Made by a program: the position numbers and the translations under genes. This document shows, piece after piece, positions 1-8,925 of a stretch of 64,000 nt of DNA. Source of the DNA: an uncultured delta proteobacterium. Its GTDB lineage: Bacteria > Desulfobacterota > Desulfuromonadia > Geobacterales > Pseudopelobacteraceae. Location of the stretch: contig CAVYYZ010000011.1 in NCBI GenBank assembly GCA_963772835.1, positions 96,001 through 160,000 of the forward strand, given 5' to 3'. Under the pieces are notes generated by a model. That model had not been told where the DNA came from. It did no database searches and worked only from the letters and a program-made list of their open reading frames with translations. How positions within the stretch are numbered: position 1 is the stretch's first letter; each line of letters begins with the position of its first letter.

Positions 1-1
1 C

Positions 2-193
2 CCCACATCCAATTATTGGAATGTCATACATGGCACCCGGCCGGGAGAGGCGCCGCAGGATGAAGAGGGGGTACAGATCATGCGGGTGCTCGGCAGGAAT
101 ATGGCATGGCTGATGAAGCTGGTTGAACATGGCAAGGGTGCAGTTGCTGAGCCTGAGAGAGAAGCAAAGACCTATATGAATTTTATTCACTGA
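2..193 (+). CDS. 3' end of flavodoxin / NADPH-dependent FMN reductase family protein (partial)
   Basis: Frame from position 2 reads PTSNYWNVIHGTRPGEAPQDEEGVQIMRVLGRNMAWLMK...YMNFIH*, the typical C-terminus of this family. Confidence 0.75.
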   Translation, partial: PTSNYWNVIHGTRPGEAPQDEEGVQIMRVLGRNMAWLMKLVEHGKGAVAEPEREAKTYMNFIH

Positions 194-220
194 CAGGAAA
201 GAGTGAAAGGGGGAAAAACA

Positions 221-577
221 ATGAACGCAACGATCATTTACAAACAGGACGTTACCAGCAGTGTGCTGGACGATCTGGCCAGGGAATTGCCGGCCATTAT
301 CGCACAGGTTATGGAGGTGCCCGGAGGGAATCTGGCGCCGCTCAAGCCGAAGCAGATTTCGCTGGAGTTTTCCCAGGCAAGCCCGCGTGATGTCGGCTCT
401 GACATACGGATCATGGTCTTTGCCCGGGGCATCGATCAACGGACATCAACGGAAAACGGCCTGGCTCGTGAGATCCTTGAAAAGGTTGTTGCCCTGATCG
501 CCCGCTCCGGTGTGAAATGTACCGTTGACGTCCGCCTGTACCTCATGGAGATCGGTGCGGCGGAACATGTACCGTGA
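221..577 (+). CDS. hypothetical protein, possibly tautomerase/MIF-like fold
   Basis: ORF with AAGGGGG RBS before ATG 221; fold is a guess from size and pattern only. Confidence 0.55.
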   Translation: MNATIIYKQDVTSSVLDDLARELPAIIAQVMEVPGGNLAPLKPKQISLEFSQASPRDVGSDIRIMVFARGIDQRTSTENGLAREILEKVVALIARSGVKCTVDVRLYLMEIGAAEHVP

Positions 578-871
578 CCGGCAGTCACCCGGCATAACCG
601 GGCAATTGCGGTAACGTCACCGGTTTCGACACCCAGGGAGACGTGCTGTTCCAGTGGATTGTCGTCACTGCTTTTGTTTAATCAGCCGTTATCCGGGCCT
701 GATGCTTTTTTTGCAGAAGCATTAGGTTGTGGTGATTCCGAAAGCGGGTTTCGTGTTTTATATGAGAGCGTGGGTCGCTCACAGCCCGAAGGAACCGTCG
801 TTCCCTGTCTATGCGTTATAAAACCGGGAGATGCTCCGCTCTGATAATGTGTACCCTGGAGATTTGCTGAA

Positions 872-2677
872 ATGTCACTTACTGGCGATCTGAAACATTT
901 TCCGATTATTGATGTCATCCAACTGCTGCACAGCTCCCGGAAAACCGGTGTATTCCGGCTTTCCAGTGAAAAAGGGGAGAGCCAGCTGGTGTTTCATGAT
1001 GGAGATCTGGTCAGCGCCAACTTCCTCAATAACCGGGTGCGCATCGGCCAGGTGCTGGTGAGCGCGGGAGCCATAACGGAAGATCAGCTTGCCCGGGCGC
1101 TGGAAATTCAGAAAGATGCCGGAGATGATCGCAAGCCGCTTGTGATAACCCTGCTGGAACATAATATGGTTGATGAAACTGCCGCATATAACGGCATAGA
1201 ATCATTGATCGAGATGACGATTGTCGAGGTGCTGACCTGGGCTGAGGGACACTTCTCCCTGGATATTGCCGGCAGCGAGACAGCTGACGAGTATCATTTT
1301 TCCAGAATGAAATTTCCGCAGAGAATCCTGCTCAATGCCCAGGGGATTCTGATGGAATCGTTGCGTATCTATGATGAAAAGGTGCGTGACGGCACCATGG
1401 ACGAAATCCTCAGCATCGCCGGTGTCAGCAATGTGGATCTTGATGCGGAACAGCACGGGAGCGGCACGCCTGCCATGAGTGTCGGCGGGTCCGGGCGGGA
1501 CAACGGCCCGTCACTGCTCCTGAACATGCTTGCCGAACAACGCGCCATGGTCCGGCGCAGCGGCGACCAGAGCTACCGCGAGGTGGATACGCTCAAAAAG
1601 CTGATTGTTGACGAGTTTCCTGCTGCGTCGAAAGAGCAGATGCGTCATCTGCTCACGCTGCTGGCGGCTCCTGCCCCTGAGGATGGCACCGCGACCGTAC
1701 CCTCCGGTATTGCGGTGGTGGTTATTACAGAGTCGACGCTGCTGTCGACCATGGTCAGATCCATATGTTATCAGGAGGCTGTCTACGCGGTTTCGACGGA
1801 TAACATCGCCACGCTTGACATCAATATCAGGTTGCTGTTGTGCCAGACACTGCATCTGGTTATTTTTCTTGATGTCCCGCATGATACAGCCCCCCGGGAT
1901 ACGCTGCAGATCTGCCGGGACCTGCAGAGATACTCTCAGGCATCTGTTGTCCTTTTGACCTGCCCCCGTATGTGGGACGCGCTGGGACTGCAGGCACTCG
2001 GCCTGGGGATACGTTCCATTATTCCAAGACCCTGCAGGGAATGCGCCGGTGAATCAACCGTGAAGAAGGCTGCGGCGTTCTGTGCGGGGCTGGGCGGTTT
2101 TCTCAAAACCCTGTCTTTGGATTACAGCAGCAGCGATGACCAGCGCTTTTTTACCTGCATCTCCCGACTGCGCAGCTGCACGAGCCGCCCGGAGATAACG
2201 GATGCGATCCTTACGTACCTGATAGAAGTGTTTGAACGTGCCGTTGTCTTTTTGGTGACCGATACCGATCTGACCGCGGAACAGTCGTTCGGGATCAGAG
2301 GAGCGAAAGATGAAGGAGTGGCGCCGCTTTCCAACGTACATGTTCCGCTGGACGATCAGGAAATTTTTATTGATGTCATTAAAACCGGTCAGATGTATTA
2401 CGGGTTTCACAGTGATTCCACCTGGTCACATCAGCTTTACCGGGTGATCGGCCGGCCGGAAAGCCCTGAGGTCCTGCTCTTTCCGTTCATACGGGCAAAT
2501 ACGGTCACAGCCTTCATCTATGCCGATTTCGGTTCAGTTTCCGCTTCATCTCCATCTCTGTACTACCTTGAGGCACTGTTACAATACACCACCGCCCAGA
2601 TCAGCGTATCGGCATACCGGCAGAGGCTGAAAATTCTGCAGGACGCAGCCGGGAATGCAGATATCCCGGAAACCTGA
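872..2677 (+). CDS. DUF4388 (PATAN-like) domain protein with degenerate receiver-like and GAF-like regions
   Basis: N-terminus MSLTGDLKHFPIIDVIQLL...KTG and 'IGQVLVSAGAITEDQL' are characteristic of deltaproteobacterial DUF4388 proteins. Confidence 0.75.
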   Translation: MSLTGDLKHFPIIDVIQLLHSSRKTGVFRLSSEKGESQLVFHDGDLVSANFLNNRVRIGQVLVSAGAITEDQLARALEIQKDAGDDRKPLVITLLEHNMVDETAAYNGIESLIEMTIVEVLTWAEGHFSLDIAGSETADEYHFSRMKFPQRILLNAQGILMESLRIYDEKVRDGTMDEILSIAGVSNVDLDAEQHGSGTPAMSVGGSGRDNGPSLLLNMLAEQRAMVRRSGDQSYREVDTLKKLIVDEFPAASKEQMRHLLTLLAAPAPEDGTATVPSGIAVVVITESTLLSTMVRSICYQEAVYAVSTDNIATLDINIRLLLCQTLHLVIFLDVPHDTAPRDTLQICRDLQRYSQASVVLLTCPRMWDALGLQALGLGIRSIIPRPCRECAGESTVKKAAAFCAGLGGFLKTLSLDYSSSDDQRFFTCISRLRSCTSRPEITDAILTYLIEVFERAVVFLVTDTDLTAEQSFGIRGAKDEGVAPLSNVHVPLDDQEIFIDVIKTGQMYYGFHSDSTWSHQLYRVIGRPESPEVLLFPFIRANTVTAFIYADFGSVSASSPSLYYLEALLQYTTAQISVSAYRQRLKILQDAAGNADIPET

Positions 2678-2833
2678 TCATCCCCGTCAGGTGGCTCCCC
2701 CGCGCTTCCCCATGCCGGGTAATGTGATGCCGGCCACCAGGACGATCCGCACAGCTGATATCCCTCTTGGCAAAAACGGTCCGGGGGAATACTCTGTGCG
2801 TATGCACTATTATTTTCCGGAGTGAGGTGTCTT

Positions 2834-2962
2834 ATGAACACTGTACCAACTGTGGAAGTCTTTTTCGACTACATCTGCCCCCGGTGCTGCCTTGGAGGCT
2901 GTGATGATTTCGTACGTCTGATCGGTGACTCCGGTGCCATTCGGAAGGGGGCGACACAATGA
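2834..2962 (+). pseudogene. 42-aa remnant resembling an internally deleted DsbA/FrnE-family oxidoreductase
   Basis: GAGGTG RBS; MNTVPTVEVFFDYICPRCCLGGCDDFVRLIG...; FFDYxCPxC is the FrnE/DsbA-type active-site motif; stop overlaps the next start (ATGA). Confidence 0.55.
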
Positions 2963-3951
2963 CACCCGCTGCGGCTGTATCGTTTCCGGAACTGCTGGCA
3001 TCATCACCGCTTATTCTGGGTGAAGGAGCGGTCATCGAGCGCTTGCGACGCTCTGAGGGCATTCAGCTTGACGATCACGTGGTCAACTCGGCCCTGATCT
3101 ATCAGCCGGCCGGTCGATCCGCCCTCGAGAAAATCTGTCGCCAGTATCTGGAGACAGGGCGACGATACAATCTGCCGCTGCTGCTTTCCACCCCCACCTG
3201 GAGAGCCGGACGCGCGCGCATTGCGGCGGCCGGATTGGCCGAATGCGATCTGAACGGCGACAACTTCCGCTTTCTGGACGGGCTGCGCAACAGTTACGGC
3301 AGCTATGGCCGCCTGGTGGCTATTTGCGGGCTGATGAGCTGCCAAGGGGATGCCTATAAAGCGGAAGAGGCCATGAATACATCTGCCGCTGCTGAATTTC
3401 ACGCCTGGCAGGCAAACCTGCTCGCTGCCGCCGGTGTGGATTTTCTGATGGCCGCAACACTGCCGGCTCTCAGCGAAGCCATCGGTCTGGCCAAGGCCCA
3501 GGCAGCAACCGGACTGCCCTATATTGTCAGCTTTGTGGCCCGCCCCGGGGGGACATTGCTTGATGGCACATCTCTCAACGAGGCCATCGATACAATCGAT
3601 GCAGCTGTGACACCACGTCCCTGTGCATATATGATCAACTGTACCCATGCGTCGGTCTTTCGCAGCGCCATGCTGGATGAGGGGAATTCATCGCCGTTGG
3701 TCAGGGGGCGGGTGATCGGTCTTCTGGCCAACACCTCGTCTCTCACCCCGGAGGAGCTGGATGCCAGCGCCGACCTCGTAGAAGAAGCCCCGGAGAGTTT
3801 TGGCAGCAGTGTATCGGCACTTCACAGCGAACTCGGTATGAAGGTGCTGGGAGGGTGTTGCGGTACCGATGACCGGCATATCGAATGTCTGGCACGGAAA
3901 CTTTCCGAAATCAGGGATCCGGTAACCGGAACAGTGAGGGGCCATGCCTGA
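2959..3951 (+). CDS. homocysteine S-methyltransferase family protein
   Basis: Zn-binding motifs INCTH and GGCCGT. Confidence 0.85.
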   Translation: MTPAAAVSFPELLASSPLILGEGAVIERLRRSEGIQLDDHVVNSALIYQPAGRSALEKICRQYLETGRRYNLPLLLSTPTWRAGRARIAAAGLAECDLNGDNFRFLDGLRNSYGSYGRLVAICGLMSCQGDAYKAEEAMNTSAAAEFHAWQANLLAAAGVDFLMAATLPALSEAIGLAKAQAATGLPYIVSFVARPGGTLLDGTSLNEAIDTIDAAVTPRPCAYMINCTHASVFRSAMLDEGNSSPLVRGRVIGLLANTSSLTPEELDASADLVEEAPESFGSSVSALHSELGMKVLGGCCGTDDRHIECLARKLSEIRDPVTGTVRGHA

Positions 3952-4432
3952 TCAACCATTGCTGCTCTGGCTCCTCAGCGTGCTTCTGACCGTGACCGGA
4001 CTTTCCGGGCTGCTTCTGCCGATTGTTCCGGGGGCCCCTGTTTTGTTTCTGGGGCTGCTCTTTGGAGCCTGGGCGGAGGATTTCCGGTACATAGGGATAT
4101 GGACCCTGCTTATCCTGGCGGTAATGGCCTCACTGACCTATGTGGTGGAGTTTGCCGCCTCCATTCTGGGGGTTAAAAAGTTCGGCGGATCAAGACGGGC
4201 TATGGTTGGTGCTGTCCTTGGCGGGGTTGCGGGGCTTTTTCTCGGGATTCCGGGGATTCTGATCGGGCCCTTTGCGGGTGCGGTAATAGGAGAACTGTCG
4301 TTGCAGAAAAGTCTGGATCAGGCAGGCCGGGCCGGTTTTGGCACCGTGGTCGGTCTTGCCATCGGAGTGGCAGGCAAGCTCGCCATCGGCATCGCAATGG
4401 TCGGCCTTTTTTTATTGGTCCGTTTACTTTGA
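3944..4432 (+). CDS. DUF456 family membrane protein
   Basis: Hydrophobic and Gly-rich, 'LLPIVPG', 'KKFGGSRRAMVGAVLG', 'GPFAGAVIGEL'. Confidence 0.8.
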   Translation: MPDQPLLLWLLSVLLTVTGLSGLLLPIVPGAPVLFLGLLFGAWAEDFRYIGIWTLLILAVMASLTYVVEFAASILGVKKFGGSRRAMVGAVLGGVAGLFLGIPGILIGPFAGAVIGELSLQKSLDQAGRAGFGTVVGLAIGVAGKLAIGIAMVGLFLLVRLL

Positions 4433-4461
4433 GCTGAAGCCCCCGGCGGCCGCACACCTCC

Positions 4462-4489
4462 TTGACATTTTCCGCCACAGTGCTAAAAT
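4462..4489 (+). promoter_or_regulatory. sigma70 promoter with extended -10
   Basis: TTGACA, 16 nt spacer ending TGC, then TAAAAT upstream of ORF 4544. Confidence 0.55.
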
Positions 4490-4543
4490 ACTCTTGCAGT
4501 TTAGTCTGTTACAGCATACTGCAGAGACAGAAAGGGGGTACGT

Positions 4544-4852
4544 ATGAAAGCGGTTACTGCAGTTTTACTTGCCGTGACTCTTGCTGCTGCACAGAGCTAT
4601 GGTGCCGATACCGCATGGTATAGCGGTGACGTGCGCTGTCCGCCGCCCAGGGATGACGGGACGTATTCCGCACCCTACAATGCCATGGACAATTCAAGGG
4701 AATATCCGACATTTTATGGAGCCGACAAACCCGGATGGTCATGCTCATACCAGAGAGAGGACGGAGTTATTGTCCAGTACGGAGACCACCGGACGCCGCA
4801 GGAACAGTGGCTGGCTCTGTGGGGCGGGGATGACGCCCATGAATCCAATTAA
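4544..4852 (+). CDS. hypothetical secreted protein
   Basis: AGGGGG RBS; Sec-type signal MKAVTAVLLAVTLAAAQSYG; two Cys. Confidence 0.6.
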   Translation: MKAVTAVLLAVTLAAAQSYGADTAWYSGDVRCPPPRDDGTYSAPYNAMDNSREYPTFYGADKPGWSCSYQREDGVIVQYGDHRTPQEQWLALWGGDDAHESN

Positions 4853-4956
4853 TTTTAAGGCGAAACGGAATAGCGGGGTCACCCGTTGACGCCGCCTTCT
4901 CGCCACTCCCGGGCAGACTGTGTCGAAAAACGCACAGCTGCGACGGTATTCATTGA

Positions 4957-5583
4957 ATGACGCCCGTAAAATCATGCGTCTGTGTGATGCTGCTGCTCGG
5001 TGCATTGATGCTGTCAGCGGCGTGCAGCAAGCCGGTGCAGTTGCCGTTGCTGGCTGCCGATGCCACTATTCTCGCCTTTGGCGACAGCATTACCGCAGGA
5101 TACGGGGCCGGTGAAGCCGAGAGTTATCCCGCGCTGCTGTCGCTCCTGACCGGACGGAAGGTGATCAACGCCGGCATACCGGGGGAAATCTCTGCGGCCG
5201 GGGTTCTGCGGCTACCGGGACTGCTTGAGAGTTATCATCCTGCTCTGCTGATACTCTGCCATGGCGGCAATGACCTGCTGGCTCACCAGAACCATCAATT
5301 GATCGCCGACAATCTGCGCGCCATGATTCGTATGGCACGGGAGGGGGGTGTCCCGGTGCTCCTGATAGCCGTTCCTTCTCCCGATCTATCTTTAAAGCCT
5401 CCGGCACTGTATGCAGAGGTGGCGCAGGAATTTCAGATTCCTGTCGAAATGAAAGCGCTGTCGCGTATTCTCGGCAGGAGATCTCTCAAATCCGATTATA
5501 TTCATCCCAACGCTGCCGGCTACCGGATGCTTGCAGAAGCGGTGGCTGCTCAGTTGAAAAAGAGCGGGGCACTGCCCCCGTAG
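4957..5583 (+). CDS. GDSL/SGNH arylesterase (TesA-like), probable lipoprotein
   Basis: FGDSIT, GGND and DYIHPN SGNH blocks; lipobox-like LSAAC. Confidence 0.88.
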   Translation: MTPVKSCVCVMLLLGALMLSAACSKPVQLPLLAADATILAFGDSITAGYGAGEAESYPALLSLLTGRKVINAGIPGEISAAGVLRLPGLLESYHPALLILCHGGNDLLAHQNHQLIADNLRAMIRMAREGGVPVLLIAVPSPDLSLKPPALYAEVAQEFQIPVEMKALSRILGRRSLKSDYIHPNAAGYRMLAEAVAAQLKKSGALPP

Positions 5584-5697
5584 TATCGTTAAACAGTTCG
5601 CTTGCAGAAAAAAGCCGCGTATCACTGGACAAACTCCTGTATATTTGGAAGAGTACAATTGATGAATTTGAAAAACGCACGTAAAGGAGCAGTACCT

Positions 5698-6393
5698 ATG
5701 AATGAAATTAATACCGGCTACAGCCGTACTGCAGACCAGGTCGTCGTACGACAGAATACCCTGATCCGTCAGGTGTATGCCTGGATGGGTGCAGGACTGA
5801 CCATTACAGCTTGTATGGCGCTCATCACCCTTTCCACACCGGCGGTTCTTAACGCCGTACTGGGTAACAAGCTCGTGTTCTACGGCCTGGTGATCGGTGA
5901 GCTGGCGCTTGTATTCACCCTGTCCGGCGCAATCAACAAGCTGAGTGCCGCCACCGCTACGCTCATATTCATCGCCTATTCGGCACTTAACGGTGTTACC
6001 CTTTCCGTTGTGGCTCTTGTCTACACAGCCAACTCGCTAACCTCTACCTTCGTGATCACCGCCGGTATGTTCGGGGCGATGAGCATCTACGGGTACATGA
6101 CAAAACGCGATCTGACGTCATGGGGCAGTTTCCTGTTCATGGGTCTGATCGGCGTGGTGATCGCCTCGGTCGTCAATATCTTTGTGGGAAGCAGTACGGT
6201 CTCCTGGGTCATCTCCGGCATCGGTGTGATCGTCTTCACCGGACTGACCGCATACGATACCTGGAAGATCAAAGAAATGGCGGCCCGGGGAACAGAGGGG
6301 AGAAAACCGGCCATCCTCGGCGCACTGACGCTGTATCTGGACTTCATTAATCTATTTCTCATGCTGCTGCGCTTTACCGGCAACCGGCGATAA
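5698..6393 (+). CDS. Bax inhibitor-1/YccA family membrane protein
   Basis: AAGGAG RBS; 'TAYDTWKIK' and 'GALTLYLDFINLFLMLLR' family signature. Confidence 0.9.
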   Translation: MNEINTGYSRTADQVVVRQNTLIRQVYAWMGAGLTITACMALITLSTPAVLNAVLGNKLVFYGLVIGELALVFTLSGAINKLSAATATLIFIAYSALNGVTLSVVALVYTANSLTSTFVITAGMFGAMSIYGYMTKRDLTSWGSFLFMGLIGVVIASVVNIFVGSSTVSWVISGIGVIVFTGLTAYDTWKIKEMAARGTEGRKPAILGALTLYLDFINLFLMLLRFTGNRR

Positions 6394-6439
6394 TCAGGGC
6401 GCCGGACGGTGCTCCGAAATATGATTTCCTGCTTTTGAA

Positions 6440-6467
6440 TTGACGTTGCCCTTTTTCGGGTTATAGT
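6440..6467 (+). promoter_or_regulatory. candidate sigma70 promoter
   Basis: TTGACG, 16 nt, TATAGT upstream of the SPFH gene. Confidence 0.4.
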
Positions 6468-6514
6468 AGGTTCGTTCAATTCATACATTTCCGATCACCG
6501 TTCCGGAGGAGAAC

Positions 6515-7288
6515 ATGCAAACAGTGTACAATATGGGATTCGGTTTTGCGCCGTTCCTTTTTATCGGGTTCGTCTGGCTTGTGAGCTGCCTCAAAGTGGT
6601 GAATGAGTACGAACGGCTGGTGGTCTTCACGCTCGGTAAGGTCAACAGGGACCCAAAGGGCCCCGGCCTCGTCTTTGTCTTCCGTCCCTTTCAGACGGCC
6701 GTTCGCATCAGTCTGCGCACCGTGGTGCTGGATGTGCCGAGCCAGGACATCATCACCCGTGATAACGTAAGTCTGAAGGTCAGTGCCGTTGTTTATTTCA
6801 AGGTGCTTGATGCCAAACAGGCCATTCTCGGCGTCGAGAACTACAACTATGCGACCAGCCAGATCGCACAGACCACACTCCGCTCCATTCTCGGCGAAGT
6901 AACTCTCGACGAACTGCTGGCGGATCGCGAGAAACTGAGCCTGAGATTGCGGGAGATCATCGATTCCTCCACTGAACCCTGGGGCATCCAGGTGTCAGCC
7001 GTCGAACTCAAGAGCGTGGACCTGCCCGAACAGATCCAGCGTGCCATGGGGAAACAGGCAGAAGCCGAGCGGGAAAAACGCGCCAAGGTTATCGCCGCCG
7101 AAGGTGAACTTCTGGCGAGCCGGCAGCTGCTGGAAGCCGCCAATACGCTCAGTCAGAACCCCGCAGCCATGCAGATGCGCTACCTGCAGACGCTTACCGA
7201 GATCGCAGTGGAAAAGAACAGCACCATTGTGTTTCCGCTCCCGATTGAGCTGATGCGGGTGTTTGACAAACTCGGAGAGAAACAATAA
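6515..7288 (+). CDS. SPFH/band 7 (stomatin/slipin) protein
   Basis: 'DVPSQDIITRDNV', 'QAEAEREKRAKVIAAEGE', 'LRYLQTL'-like motif and 'STIVFPLP'. Confidence 0.92.
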   Translation: MQTVYNMGFGFAPFLFIGFVWLVSCLKVVNEYERLVVFTLGKVNRDPKGPGLVFVFRPFQTAVRISLRTVVLDVPSQDIITRDNVSLKVSAVVYFKVLDAKQAILGVENYNYATSQIAQTTLRSILGEVTLDELLADREKLSLRLREIIDSSTEPWGIQVSAVELKSVDLPEQIQRAMGKQAEAEREKRAKVIAAEGELLASRQLLEAANTLSQNPAAMQMRYLQTLTEIAVEKNSTIVFPLPIELMRVFDKLGEKQ

Positions 7289-7467
7289 GTGAACATGCAG
7301 CGCTCCACTCGTCACAATACACTGACACTGCAGACCGCTTTCGACATCGGCAGGGATCGTTTTGGGGGAGTCGAAAAATAAAAGAACCCCGATTCCAAAT
7401 AGTGGTATTTTTTCGTCAATGAGGTATAGTAATTCCGCATCAAAACCTGAATGCCAAGGGGGAAATC

Positions 7468-7575
7468 ATGAGCAAAGGTGAAGACAGCAAAAAGACGGAA
7501 AAGAAGGCACCCGCCAAAACTCCGAAAGAAAAAAAAGCGGATAAAAAAATTAAAAAAGCGGACAAGAAAAAATAG
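7468..7575 (+). CDS. 35-aa lysine-rich small protein (not in the ORF track)
   Basis: AAGGGGG RBS, then MSKGEDSKKTEKKAPAKTPKEKKADKKIKKADKKK*. Confidence 0.6.
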   Translation: MSKGEDSKKTEKKAPAKTPKEKKADKKIKKADKKK

Positions 7576-7716
7576 TATGTCTTAACCGCTGCGGTAATGC
7601 AGAACCGTACGGTTCTGCATGGCAAAAAAAATCAATGGCTTGTGATATTCTCGCAGGCCATTGTTTTTTGGTTGTGCGGCATCGGCATGAGATTTACTGA
7701 AAGGATTGGTACGGGT

Positions 7717-8526
7717 ATGAACAGGCTGCTTGCCGGCAAAACAGATAAACTCCGCGCTATTCTGGCTGAAATGGGTGGTTGCGTGATCGGATTTTCGGGC
7801 GGAGTCGATTCGACACTGCTGTTTGCCGTTGCGGCTGAAGTGCTGGGTAATCAGGCTGTGGCGGTCACGGCTACTTCCCGTACCTATCCTGAGCGCGAGC
7901 TGAATGAAGCCCGTGCCCTGGCCGGGCTGATCGGCGGTCGTCATCTGGTGATCGTTTCCGAGGAACTGGATATCCCCGAGTTTCGCGACAATCCCCGCAA
8001 CCGCTGCTATTTCTGCAAGAAGGAGCTGTTTGGTAAACTGAAGGCAATTGCCGATCAGGAAAAGATCGGTTTTGTGCTGGACGGTACAAACAGCGATGAT
8101 GCCGGTGACCACCGTCCCGGCCGGACGGCGGCGGAAGAGCTGCAGGTTCGCAGCCCGCTGGAGGAGGCCGGATTCACCAAACAGGATATCCGCGACCTTT
8201 CCCGGACCATGAAGCTGCCGACCTGGGACAAGCCCGCCTTTGCCTGCCTTTCCAGTCGCTTCCCCTACGGCACCTCCATCACTCCGGAGCGGGTGGACCG
8301 GGTCGGTCGTGCTGAAGAATCGCTGCGGGAAGTCGGTTTCCGGACGCTGCGGGTCCGGTACCACGGGACAGTGGCCAGGATTGAACTGGGTGAAGAGGAG
8401 TTTGAACGTGCGACTGGAATGCTGCGGGATGAAGTTATCAAACGGGTGAAAGCGGCCGGTTTTACCTATGTGGCGCTCGATCTGCAGGGGTACCGGACCG
8501 GTGCCATGAACGAAGAAACGCCGTAA
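7717..8526 (+). CDS. larE: ATP-dependent sulfur transferase LarE (PP-loop)
   Basis: PP-loop FSGGVDS, RCYFCK, DHRPG and ACLSSRFPYG. Confidence 0.9.
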   Translation: MNRLLAGKTDKLRAILAEMGGCVIGFSGGVDSTLLFAVAAEVLGNQAVAVTATSRTYPERELNEARALAGLIGGRHLVIVSEELDIPEFRDNPRNRCYFCKKELFGKLKAIADQEKIGFVLDGTNSDDAGDHRPGRTAAEELQVRSPLEEAGFTKQDIRDLSRTMKLPTWDKPAFACLSSRFPYGTSITPERVDRVGRAEESLREVGFRTLRVRYHGTVARIELGEEEFERATGMLRDEVIKRVKAAGFTYVALDLQGYRTGAMNEETP

Positions 8527-8596
8527 TTCTGATGCTGTATTTTTCCCGTCTGATCCGGGACATGCTGACGGACACAATACACAGGGAGGTGAAGGT

Positions 8597-8863
8597 ATGA
8601 AGAGGACTCTGGTTATCACGATGCTCGTTCTTGTTGCGTCTGCAGGTTCCGCCGCGGCGGAGGATGTTATAAAAATGAAGCGAGGAGTCGAATTTCCGCA
8701 CAAGTTCCACCAGGAAACGCTCAAGGATTGCACGAAGTGCCACGGTACTGAGGCGCCGGGTAAAATTGCCGGTTTCGGCCGCGATTGGGCCCACAAAAAC
8801 TGTCGTGTCTGTCACACCGCCAGAAATCCGCGTACCGCGTGCCATGATTGCCATAAGCTGTGA
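8597..8863 (+). CDS. periplasmic triheme cytochrome c7 (PpcA family)
   Basis: Signal peptide; three CxxCH motifs (CTKCH, CRVCH, CHDCH); distal His in FPHKFH and DWAH; 'PGKIAGFG'. Confidence 0.9.
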   Translation: MKRTLVITMLVLVASAGSAAAEDVIKMKRGVEFPHKFHQETLKDCTKCHGTEAPGKIAGFGRDWAHKNCRVCHTARNPRTACHDCHKL

Positions 8864-8925
8864 CTGAAACCCGATCGACAGGGGGCGCTGCACCCGGGAA
8901 ACCTTCCCTTTTACATGACCCGGTT

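Noticed and set aside
578..871. Riboswitch or ncRNA upstream of the DUF4388 gene
   Set aside because: Short hairpins exist but I could not match a cyclic-dinucleotide or other aptamer by eye; needs an Rfam scan.
7582..8796. 404-aa minus-strand ORF and other long antisense ORFs (13205-14125, 41279-42127, 43267-44028, 53521-54333, 62449-63240)
   Set aside because: Shadows of well-supported opposite-strand genes in GC-rich DNA; no recognisable motifs.
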